A stretch of DNA of 63,808 nt, filler included, from Collodictyon triciliatum (taxonomy: Eukaryota): the NCBI GenBank assembly GCA_043381765.1. It is 5 parts of 5 records of this genome, joined end to end, with 100 filler letters (N's around TTAATTAATTAA, not from the genome) between each part and the next. Parts side by side here need not be neighbours in the genome. Positions count along the whole stretch, not along the records: positions 39,907 to 53,086 come from JBHJMP010002030.1; positions 53,187 to 63,808 come from JBHJMP010002070.1; 3 more parts are not named here. One strand, given 5' to 3'. Position 1 is the stretch's first letter. Every line of letters begins with the position of its first letter. A program made the position numbers and the translations under genes. The notes under the pieces were generated by a model that worked only from the letters and a program-made list of their open reading frames with translations, was not told the DNA's origin and made no database searches. Positions 44,344-55,312 of this stretch are shown in pieces.

Positions 44344-47300
44344 ATGTCGTACTTTGATTACACAGTGTTTCGGCCCTGGCCATGGTTCCAGCCCAGCGGG
44401 GACGTGCATCAGGCCACATTCATGGACCTGCGTGAGCGGTGGATCCGAGAGTTGCCCGAGTCCATTGGAGCGCTTCGCCTGCTGAAGTTCCTCAGCCTTG
44501 GCGTGAATAGCGTATGTCCCCCCTAGCTGTGGCCTGCTAGACTCTTTAATTGCGCCCGACTGTTTATTTTTGTTCTTGTATATTATTCTGCTGTCACACG
44601 TATTGTTCATTTGAGCCCATGATCGAGAGGGTTGAGCCTGACCATAGTTGTGCAAAGTGCTCTTGAAGTTGCCTTGACAGAGTCTTTGAGTAGACGCTGT
44701 CGGAGATAACCTCTGCACCGCCTGCAATCATCCATTGCGATTCATACTGATGCTACTTCTGTCATTCCAGCCAAAGAATAAAGGTCGGTCTATTGATCAT
44801 TAATTATCCTCACCCTCTAGATAAGCACACTGCCCGAAACATTCTCACAGCTTCAAGATTTGGAGGAACTCTGGCTCGGCGCAAATGATGATCCACAATA
44901 CTACTATAAAGGTGGAAATCACGTAAGCAACTTACTCTCGTCCATAGGACGGCCTTCCCAAGTGCTTTTTGACCACCTCAACGAGGCCATCCCAGAAAGA
45001 GTTCTCTTTCTGTCTTGTGGGACTGTCGATCAACAAACCAATCACATCCCCACGGTTGTTCAAATCCACCACTAACCTTAGCACTTTTATTCATTCCGTA
45101 CAGTTTTCCGAGTTCCCAACGGTCCTCACAACACTCTCTAACCTTAAACTCCTTGGCTTTGGCAAGAACCAGGTACCCTAAGTCATATGTTCATAGGGCC
45201 TCAGCGGCTCACAGCCAGTTACCCTGCGTGTATTTCTCATAAAGGTTGTCCGCGATCATATTCTCGTTCAAAACTGCTCCTGTATCTCTTCATAGCTCAT
45301 CTCATTTCCACCGGAAATCACCAGAATGAGCAGCCTCACCTTCCTTAGCTTTGGAGACAATCAGGTGATCACTTTGACACTCTGAAGCACACATCTATCT
45401 GTTGTGAATTGAATTCAGTCTTGAATACTCCAGGGCAACCCCCTCTATGAAAAGGTGTCAATTACTGATGAACCACTTGTTCCACACAGATTGAAAATGT
45501 CCCCATCATCCCAAGTCTGCTAGCACTTACCCTCAGCGGCAATAAGGCTTGTGACACCCCTGTTCTTTACGATAGATCCATCTTGTAATGCTTACACGTG
45601 GCGTTCAAGTCAATGAGCATCACATTTAGATTAATTATCCCTCTGATAACAATTACCTTCTGTGACGGAAAAACAATAGATATCCTCCCTTCCAGATGAA
45701 ATCAGTCTTATGACGAACCTAACATATTTGGCATTATCTGGAAACCAGGTGTGTGTCGCACAGTAGTTATTCACAGACATATTGCATATCTTCTTATCTC
45801 GGTTAACTGCTGACATGTCTCACGACCCCTAATCTTCCTTTCCCTGCGCTAGCTTTCTTCCCTGCCGTTAGCCATCAGTAACTTGGTCACGCTCCAGGTC
45901 CTCCAAATCCAGAAGAACAAGGTTTCATCTCATTAACATCCCTTTGAATCGAATAAAGGAAAAAAAATCTCATTAACTTCCCTTCCACAAGCATTCACAA
46001 CCAATAAGACCGTCGAGACCCCTCCCCCTCCTCCCATCATATGCTTGTTTCCCACAGGCTTCTCTAATAAAAGTGCTTCATTGTAATAGTTGTCTTCTAT
46101 CCCAGCGGAATTGACCAGTCTTACCTCTCTCAAATCTTTCGACTGCCAGTCCAATGAACTGCCTGAAGAGGAGGCCAACATATGGACTCACTATAACTTT
46201 GAGCATCAGCAAGTGATCCTCGAAGATCAAGGACTCGTAGAGTTTCCCGTGTATGCCCTACAGCTGAGTCCGGCGTCCATTAATTTATCTCAGAACAACC
46301 TTATCATCACCCAACATGCCCGCCGAAAGACCGAATGGGAATCGAAGTGCAACAGCGACGAACATGAAGTCGAGCCTGAGTCTGCCGAGGGCCGTAAACT
46401 TTACCCCACAGGTCCTTTTTTTTTTTTTCTTCCTTCATCGTAAGCCTGAGGCTATATAATACGAGCCCAAACCTTCATCTATTTGCCAACAAATCCCCAC
46501 ACATCTCACCATTCCAGCTGGCTTATTTTTACGTGTCCAAAGTCACGATAAATAATAATTGCACCCGCGTTTAACTTTCTTCACCCCCTGCAATCTAGTT
46601 TTCCCTCCTCAACTATGCCTCCATACCATGGACATCATCCTAACGGGCAATCCTGCACTACCTGGAATCTTCGCCAAGGAATTCCCCGCTATCATCAGAA
46701 ACGAAGACAATAGTGCATGCGAAAAGGCACTGAAGGCTCTTGCTCTCATCAAGAAATGTCCAAAGTACGACCCCATCCTGGCCCAGATGTATGAAGACTT
46801 TGCCATGGAGGAGCTAGACAAGATGAGTGAAGACCCGTCGCAGGCCCATCTCATCGATGATAGCCTCATCCAACTCGCTGTTGATGCCGATGCTCTCGAC
46901 TTCCTCACTGTGGACACTATTGAAGAGACTATCGAAGAAATGTGGAGTGCTGGCGCCTCGCTGAAGACGTTCCTCTCTGTCGAAAAGCAGAAAGCATCAT
47001 GGTGGTCCGACGGATACTGGGTCGGCATCGGGTATTTCCTTCAGGCCGTCGCCAGTGAATTCCCAAAGTTCACCCGCTCTCCCCAGGGAAAGTATTACTT
47101 GGCTGGAACTATGTACTTTCTCTTTATGATTCTCCTATCCATGTTCTGTTACCAAATGAATACCTCTTTCAACAATCCATCATTTTACTTCACCGACCAA
47201 CTGCGCAACAAATACGCTCCTGATGAGTTGGGTTCTCCAAACGACTTCTGGTCTTACTTCTCTGATACCTTCCTCCCAGCTCTGAACAGCGGAGTCGAAA

Positions 47301-50300
47301 GCAGAGACTTGGTGACACCAGAGGGTCAGTACAAAGCATCGTTCTCCTATTATCGCCAAGTAGGCAACCTCCGAATCCGGCAGTTGAGGTCGGTTATGGA
47401 GCTATGCAGGGAATTGGAACCGAAGAATGACAATCCGGACCTAATAGACTCTCATCCTCGTCCCTACTGCGTCCGTCCGTTTGGGCCGATTGACGAAGAT
47501 ACTGGCTCTTTCGGCCCGAAAAGAGAGTATACGTGGATTTCGACGTTAGACTCAAAGGGATATCCTCTATTTGGCCAACTCCGCATATTCTATCCAGGGA
47601 GCGGATTTGTACAGTATTTCTCCCAAAACACCACGGACCAAGAGTCCAAAGTCAAGGAGCTACAAAATAATTTCTGGATTGATCTGCAGACCAGAGCAGT
47701 CGTGTTGGAATTCCTCATCGCCAGTGATAATTTGGACCTCTTGAGCTCAGTATCGATACTATTCGAATTCCCGGTCTCTGGGGGCGTCTTTGCAACCACA
47801 AAGATCCACACGATGCCCCGACTCGCTATGTCTGAGAACCGAGCGAGTGTTAGCGCCATCTCTGTGTTCCTGATGATCTTTGCGATCGGATACTTTTTGC
47901 ACGAATTTACTGTATTCATGAAGGATGGCCCTGAAGAGTACTTTAGCGAAATCTGGAACAAGTTTGATGTTACCCTGATCATCTTACTATTTATAGTACT
48001 TGGATTTCAGTATCGTATCACTGACCTGAATGCACCATACAACGTTCCTGGGGCAGAAGACTCACTCTTTGCTAGTTTCAAAGAGATATCCAACTTATGG
48101 GCATATCAGCGGGAGTTTCTTGCAGTTCTTGTTTTCATGGCCTGGATTCGTCTGCTTTACTTTTTCAGTATTCATGAGTATCTCGGACCCATGCTGCTTA
48201 TTGTCGGTGCGATGACATTCAATATCGTTCAGTTCCTGATTTTGTTGCTTGTGTTCCTGCTGGCGTTCGGAGGCTCAACTTATGTCTTGTACGCGACGGT
48301 TCTGGAAGGATATTCTACGCCTCTAGACACAGCTTTCTCGATAGGAAACTTTTTGTTCGGTAACTTCGATTTTGATGCCATGAATGACGAGGATAACGTG
48401 CTAGGTCCCATATTGTTCTTTACGTTCCTAATTCTCTGCATTATATTGCTGATGAACTTCCTTATCGCCATCCTCAGTGGAACCTATGAAGAGATCCAAA
48501 ATATCTCAGAGAAAAAGTATGTTAAGCTGATGGCTGAAACTCTTCTATCTGCCATGAACTCACCAGCGCCGCCACCGACTAATCTTTTGACGTACATTGC
48601 TCCCATATTTGGTCTGGTTCTATGGATTGTTCCCTACTTCCGTCCCATCACGCTTTTCGTCCGCGAATGGGTAGAAAACGCGTGGGCTGAACGCTGCATC
48701 CAATGGTACTATATTTGGATCGACAATCACATGGAGAGAAAACTATGGAGCCAGTGGCCAAAATATGAGTCAAATGTTTTCCTGATATACCGTGACCTCT
48801 ATGACGGACCCGAAGATAAGAAATGGACCAGATTTACCGATCATTTTGTCTATGGACTGAGTTGGTTCATCTCATCCTGCTTCACAGTTATCTTCAAATT
48901 CTTTATGTCGCCGATTGCATTCATACTGCGCCGTAGTAAGAAATATTTGAAGCATCGCAATGGGGTTTATGATGTCATCGAAGTCGTAACAAGGAAGAAG
49001 AAATCTCAAGACGGCGGTGAAGAAGAGGAAGAAGATGACGACGATGACGACGAAGAGGACCATCCAATCTTCGAATTGGACAAGTACTTTAGACGATTCA
49101 CGGTGCGGTTGATCTGGGTCTCTACGACACTTCTTTGGATTACCTTCTTCTTTGGGCGATTCTACAAGGTATTTAGCCTTATGCCTGTCTTTTTTTTTTT
49201 TTAACGTCACACTCATGTTCCACCTGGGCCGTTCGATGCACATACCAGATACTCTACTTTCAATTAGCAACCCGAAACCAGGACATACTAATTCACCACC
49301 ATTTTTTTAAATTACTTATACAGAGACGCTATTCCAAGAAAGGTACGCACTGTCCAGTTTAACACTTGCCGGTTTCTCCTGAGAACTTCTGATTATTTTT
49401 TGTTATGAAAAACAAAGAAAATCATTTGCCGTGATGACCGATTGACCAATTTAAACTTACAACGACACTTATCTGTAGACGACGAGCACAAGGATATCCG
49501 CATTAACATCGAAGGCGAACACAGCATCAAGGAAATCAAGCAGGACAACATCTTGATTCACCAAGGAGAGCGAGGCTCTGTGGTCACCCTAAAATCTCCC
49601 GTTCCCATCGATAAGGAGAGAAATTTCAACTACTTTGAAGTTGAGATTATCAATCCAGGAGAGGGTGTTTATGTGGGTCTTTGCAGTGGCGAATATCCGA
49701 AAGATAATCGTCTTGGCATGCAATCCGGGTCCATCTCTTACTTTTCCAAGAGTGGAGAGGTAAACATCGACTGGAGATTGCGCCGTGCCGCATACAAGCA
49801 AATGGCTCCCTTCCACTATCCCAGCGCGGTCATCGGTTGTGGCATTGACCCCAACTACAGCCAAATCTACTTCTCGGTGAACGGAAAGTTCGGCTCTGAG
49901 AACATTTCCCAAGACACGGTGCTCAAGGGTGCACTCTACCCGGCCATCACTCTGACTCGGGGCGCTTCTGTGCGTGTGAACTTTGGATCCGAGCGGTTCC
50001 GCCTGTTCTACACACCCCCAACCCCAGAGTCGGGCTTCTCATGGCTTGAGGTATCCGAGACGGTCTATACTCATCCGAACCTGGAGGCACTGACCCTGTT
50101 CAGCACAGAGCATGAGCTCGGACAGCTGGTTGAGTCTCGTATCTTTGGAAACACGTTCCTCTCTCTTAGGTCATTGCCATACATGGACATTAACATCTAC
50201 AACCGGGGATTCCATGACGCACCAGTGCTGCAGGTTGGATTCATGGCGCTCAAATACCCTGTCAAGAATCCGGAATGGTTCGAAGATTACACCCCGTCCT

Positions 50301-50952
50301 TGGTTGCCAAAGTGTACGAGGACCACATCGAATACGGCGGTAGACTGCTGCTCGGGTAAGGATTTGCCACGCTCGCTCGCTTCCCCGCCCAATCAAACAC
50401 GCACACACCCACACCGATGCATACATATGTATACGCCTTTTGTCTCCTCGAATATATTCCTGCCTCTCCCATGGCGCAAACGGTGAGCAAAAGAAAGATT
50501 TCCTGTCCACGAACGAACGAACGAACGAACCAACTAACCCAACCCCATGCAGTTCGGACGAAGAGGACGAGTCCAAGACAATCACCATCAAGCACACCGG
50601 GGCTTTCACAAACTTTGCGTTCCACCTGCGCTCGCTCCACAACGAACAGGAACTGTGTCTGGTGATCGACCACTCCATCGTCCACCGCATCAAGCTTGGC
50701 ACGCGGCCCGTCTACCTCTACCCGGACGTTGTCCTGCGCCACCCCACGCAGCTCATCACCGTCCGCTTCCCCACTGAGTTCACCCTCAACCACGACTTCA
50801 CCACCACCGGGCCCGAAGGCATCCAGATGGTTCCGCTCACCGAGCCGCCGTCTGCCGAAATCAAGCGTGACACTGGTGCCGGTGCCTCCTCTTCTGTGGA
50901 GGAAGGCGGAAGCGATGAGCAGGAGGGCGAGGAATCAAAGACCCTCATCTAA
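44344..50952 (+). CDS. LRR - TRP/polycystin-2-type cation channel - SPRY fusion protein (about 1596 aa, 12 exons)
   Basis: Exons 44344-44511, 44821-44922, 45104-45172, 45296-45364, 45490-45546, 45680-45748, 45853-45921, 46090-46411, 46599-49168, 49324-49342, 49479-50355, 50553-50952 total 4791 nt in one frame. Motifs: LxxLPxxIxxLxxLxxLxLxxN repeats; PKD2 motifs RIRQLR, YPGSGF, WIDLQTRAVVLEF, FEFPVSGG, LGPILFFTF..LLMNFLIAIL; SPRY YFEVEI..VGL..IGCGID..IYFSVNG..LYPAITL..VRVNFG. Confidence 0.85.
45938..45966 (+). mobile_element. Retroposon 3' fragment, copy C, in LRR intron 7
   Basis: ATCCCTTTGAATCGAATAAAGGAAAAAAA flanked by ATCTCATTAAC at 45927-45937 and 45967-45977. Confidence 0.8.
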
Positions 50953-52000
50953 GGCTCTCGCCCTGATGGAACGGCGCCACCCCAGAAAACAAACAAGGAA
51001 CAAAAAAAAACAAAAAAAAACAAAAAAAAAACACAAAAAAACGCATTGGCAAGCAGGCACGTACCGCCTATCCCCTTATGAAATCAACCCAACCTACTCC
51101 CACGAGCTGGCAGGTTGCCAAAACAAAACAAAACAAAATCAAAAAAAAAAGCAAAAAAAACGAACATGAATGAAAAGCGAATCAAGGACAAGGACAAAAG
51201 ATAATCAAATTAGGGTGGCGCCAAATCCAACAGAATAAACCGACAAAAAAACAAAAACAAACTTAGCATAAGTCAAAGTGCTGTAGGAACAACGAATATC
51301 CTGTGGAATCTCCTTATCCATTAATCTATGCCCTGGTATGGAAACAGATGGAGGTATTTGTTTGTTGCCTTTCGTTGCGGGCGTTTGAAAGGCGGAAATA
51401 TGGCAAAATGCGAGGCGCGGCAGTGATTGCGTGGGAAATCATGGACGGTGCAGCGCTAAACGATCAAACCGCCCTTGCACGGCCGACGAGGCCCTATCTC
51501 TTCTTCCTGTGGCACTCGTTTTTATTTTATTTCTATTTGTCTCATTCCTTTGCTTTCTACTATGTTCTACAGCCACATCCACACAAGTCTCGTTTTCTTT
51601 TCTTTTACTTCTTTTCATCTTGTTTCTTTTACAATCACTTTTTCTTCTTTATCTTCTTTTCTTCCTTTCTCTTTTCTATTACTTCTACTTTTACTTTACG
51701 TCTTGTTTCTTTTACAATTACTTTTCTCCTTTTCTCCTTTTCTCCTTTTCTCCTTTTTCTTCTTTCTTGTTTTCTTCTTTTTCCTTGTTTGTTGTTTGTT
51801 GTTTGTTGTTTCTTCTTTTCATGGGCGCCCGAAGGCTACTGTCCAAGCACGGGCTGGTTTGCTAAGTTGCTAGCTTATGGCGGTACTGCCCACTCACACG
51901 ACTAGGAAGGCGGAAGAGTAAGAACAACAACAACAACAACAAGAAGAGAGTATCAGAACAAACATCCAGACAAGCCTGCGTTCCGCTCAAGAGAGGAAGG

Positions 52001-52995
52001 ATGTTCCGGTTCCAAGGTAATTTGAAGAAGAAAGGTCTGCCGATTGAGAGCAAGACCTGGGAGATCGAATACCAGGACTTGGAGTTTCTCAAGACCCTGG
52101 GAAAGGGGTCCTTCGGAACAGTCTTTCACGTTAGTTTCATGATACTTATTTATGCAGTGTGTAATTGTAGATACATTTTCCTTCTTTTTCTCTTATTCTT
52201 TATATCGAGCTGTTGGAAATTCATTTGACTTATCCATCTACCTCGATTATCGTCACCCTTATTTATTTTTTATCATCGTATTTTTTTTAAATGATCACTG
52301 AATAGTTTGAAAGTACTGCATTCAATACAAACCATATGTTCGTGTCTATTCACACATAATGAACAAAATAATAATAATGAATAAATAAATACACACGCAA
52401 ATGTATATATGACACATATAACACAGACTCAGATTCACCCACATCCGTTATTTTACGTAAAAGATTCAGCTCTATGATTGATAAAAAAAACTTTGATGTA
52501 TGCGTGTCTTAGGGAATGTACTTTGGGACGGACGTAGCCATCAAGCAGATCAATGATGATGATGAAAAATATCTCGAGCGAGAAGTCGCCATCCTGAAGT
52601 AACGCATTTCGACTGTTCAGAATGTGCCAATTTTTCCAATAGTTTTCAATATTTGGGGAAAAAAATAAGATATTAATCCTGTAGAAATTCCTTTTTGTTC
52701 TCGGTGAGAACATATTCAAATCGACACTCTTTGATGACAATATGCTTCCTTTTCTTGCAGGGACATCCGGCACCCCAACATCGTTCAATTAATGGGGATT
52801 TGCGAGCACCAAACAGGATTGTATCTTGTTACAGAGCTACTGAATGGAGGAACCCTTCGCAAGAAGCTAAAGAATAAAGCGGTGGAGATGGGATGGTCCT
52901 TGAGGCTCGATGTGACCATCCAAATGGCCCGAGCTTTGACCTACCTACACTCAAAAGCCATTATCCATCGTGACCTCAAATCAAAGAACGTTCTC
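52001..52995 (+). CDS. Tyrosine-kinase-like (TKL, possibly LISK/TESK-like) protein kinase, 3' truncated by contig end
   Basis: WEIEYQDLEFLKTLGKGSFGTV, VAIKQI, EREVAILKDIRHPNIVQLMG, YLHSKAIIHRDLKSKNVL. Confidence 0.9.
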
Positions 52996-53018
52996 GTAAG
53001 GATGCTCTCACATACATA

Positions 53019-53086
<68 letters not shown>

Positions 53087-53186
53087 NNNNNNNNNNNNNN
53101 NNNNNNNNNNNNNNNNNNNNNNNNNNNNNNTTAATTAATTAANNNNNNNNNNNNNNNNNNNNNNNNNNNNNNNNNNNNNNNNNNNN
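53087..53186. other. Artificial contig spacer
   Basis: 44N-TTAATTAATTAA-44N, preceded by (TC)n. Confidence 0.97.
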
Positions 53187-53266
53187 TTGCTTTGTTATGC
53201 TTTGTTTTGCTTTGTTTTGCTTTGTTTTGCTTTGTTTTTTGTTTGAACTATATAGCATGATTACTA

Positions 53267-53267
<1 letters not shown>

Positions 53268-53297
<30 letters not shown>

Positions 53298-53370
53298 CTT
53301 CTTCTTCTTCTTCTTCTTCTTCTTCTTCTTCTTCTTCTTCTTCTTCTTCTTCTTCTTCTTCTTCTTCTTC
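53268..53370. repeat. (CTT)n intronic microsatellite
   Basis: Visible directly. Confidence 0.95.
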
Positions 53371-53387
53371 GATGACCCATTTAATAG

Positions 53388-54883
53388 GTTGTCTTGGTGC
53401 ATGGATTTTCCTCATATTCATATGTATGGGAAACCCTTGTGCATCCTCTTGTGGAAGATGGACACCAAGTTTTGCTCTTTGGTAAACTGTTCGTTGATCT
53501 CATAGTTGCAATATAGTATGTAATATGATAGACCCGATTGATTGACTATGTTCTATGCTGCCTTGTACCGTAGATATTTATTTTCTGCATGAGTAAAGAA
53601 CAATTTGATTCCATCCAGACTTATATGGCCGTGGCTATTCTGATACCCCTATTGGAAGCTATAACGCTGGATTTTTTGCCTCTCAGATTGCCAATCTCCT
53701 ATACTATTTGGATGAAACACGTGACAAAAAAGTAACCATTGTTGGACACTCGATGGGCGGTTTGTAATTACGGACTACACACGAAAAAAAAATTGATGAC
53801 TGATATTATTTCACAAAAAAAAAATAAAAAATCGAGGCCCTATTTTCAGCCTAAAATGAACTATATGCATACTTACCTACAGGAGTTGGTTTGGACTATA
53901 TATATATTCATCATATTATTGCATTATCCATATAAAGGTGGTATTTCTGTCACTTTTGCCTATCACTACCCCCATATGATTGAACGCCTTGTGATTGGCG
54001 CACCGGCCGGATTTCCCATCCCGATGCCCATCGTAACAAAGTAATAGCCAAAACTCATTCAGTTGGGGGGCATATATACATATACATACAAGAAAAAAAT
54101 CTCAAAGTACTTGTACTTAGATTTGTGCGAATTCCAATCCTGAGCGAAATCCTAATGACCCTTGCTGGGCGACACAATCTTGTGGAACACGTGGACGGAT
54201 GCCTACTTGACCGTACAAGCCCGAAGGCCATCGAACGGATGAACACCGAGCGCGAGATGATTGTAAAGCAATGGGACCACAACCCACCATATCGCCGCTC
54301 GCTCTCGCTCACTCTGCAAAACTTTGAGTTTGGCACATTGAAGCCTGTCTACGAGCACATTGGCCGAACCGCAAATTATCCAGTGACTCTTATTTGGGTA
54401 TGCAATTAACTTACTTAATGGGGAATAATAATGATAATAATCGAAACTGCAAACCATTTCGTGGGTTATATATATACTCCGATATATTTTGCTCTTCAAA
54501 ATATTTATCATTTTTCTGATTTTATCTATTACGTAGCAAACATATTATTATGTTTATTTTCTTCAAACAAAAGAGCAGAAAATTTCTCATCTAATGCGCA
54601 CATAGACATACCCATATTTACATGGCTAGATGGAATAAAATACTAGAAAACAATATATAGAGAGTTGCTACCGACGCTTATTGAAAATCAACAATAGGGT
54701 GAAAAAGACGAAGTGGTTCCATTCGAGATTCACACGCAAGTCACCGCAGCCCTGCCAAACGCCCACTTTGTTGTGTTCTCCAATCTGGCACACGACATCA
54801 GCGAAAACCCTGCAAAGATGAGCAACGAGTTTAAGTTGATTGTAGAGGGAAGGTTTGATAGAACTATAACACGCGTCGTCTAA
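53388..54883 (+). CDS. Alpha/beta hydrolase (Abhydrolase_1-like) with intact triad; 5' truncated
   Basis: VVLVHGFS, DLYGRGYSD, VGHSMGG, LIWGEKDEVVP, NLAHD; TAA at 54881-54883. Confidence 0.9.
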
Positions 54884-55312
54884 TATCCCACCATGAACAT
54901 CCCTGCACGTTCTTTTGCAGCAATTCATGTGAGCAGCACACAATAAACCAAACAAAAATAATAATCTATGAATGGTATCAAACTAGTCATAAAAGAGTAG
55001 AAAAATGCAAGGGAGTATACGACGCAACAAATTGAATAGATGCATGCAGATGCATTCATAAGCGAACCGTTCGATACATCACACACACTCCTACGTTCTT
55101 TTATATGTTTTTATTTATTACGAGAGAGCAAAAGACAGTCAATTCAAGAAACTGTAAACTTCACCCACAACGCTTTCTTCCTTCCTTTTTTTTTTTTTTT
55201 CATCCGCCATCATCATCATCATCATTTCCTCTTTTCCTTGCTCAAACAACCTCCGCATACAACGATGAACAGGTTCCACCTCTTTCCTTGCCCAGCATTC
55301 ATACAGAGCAAC

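Noticed and set aside
51303-51905. 200-aa hydrophobic ORF, and similar poly-F/K/I ORFs elsewhere
   Set aside because: Translations of T-rich low-complexity non-coding DNA.
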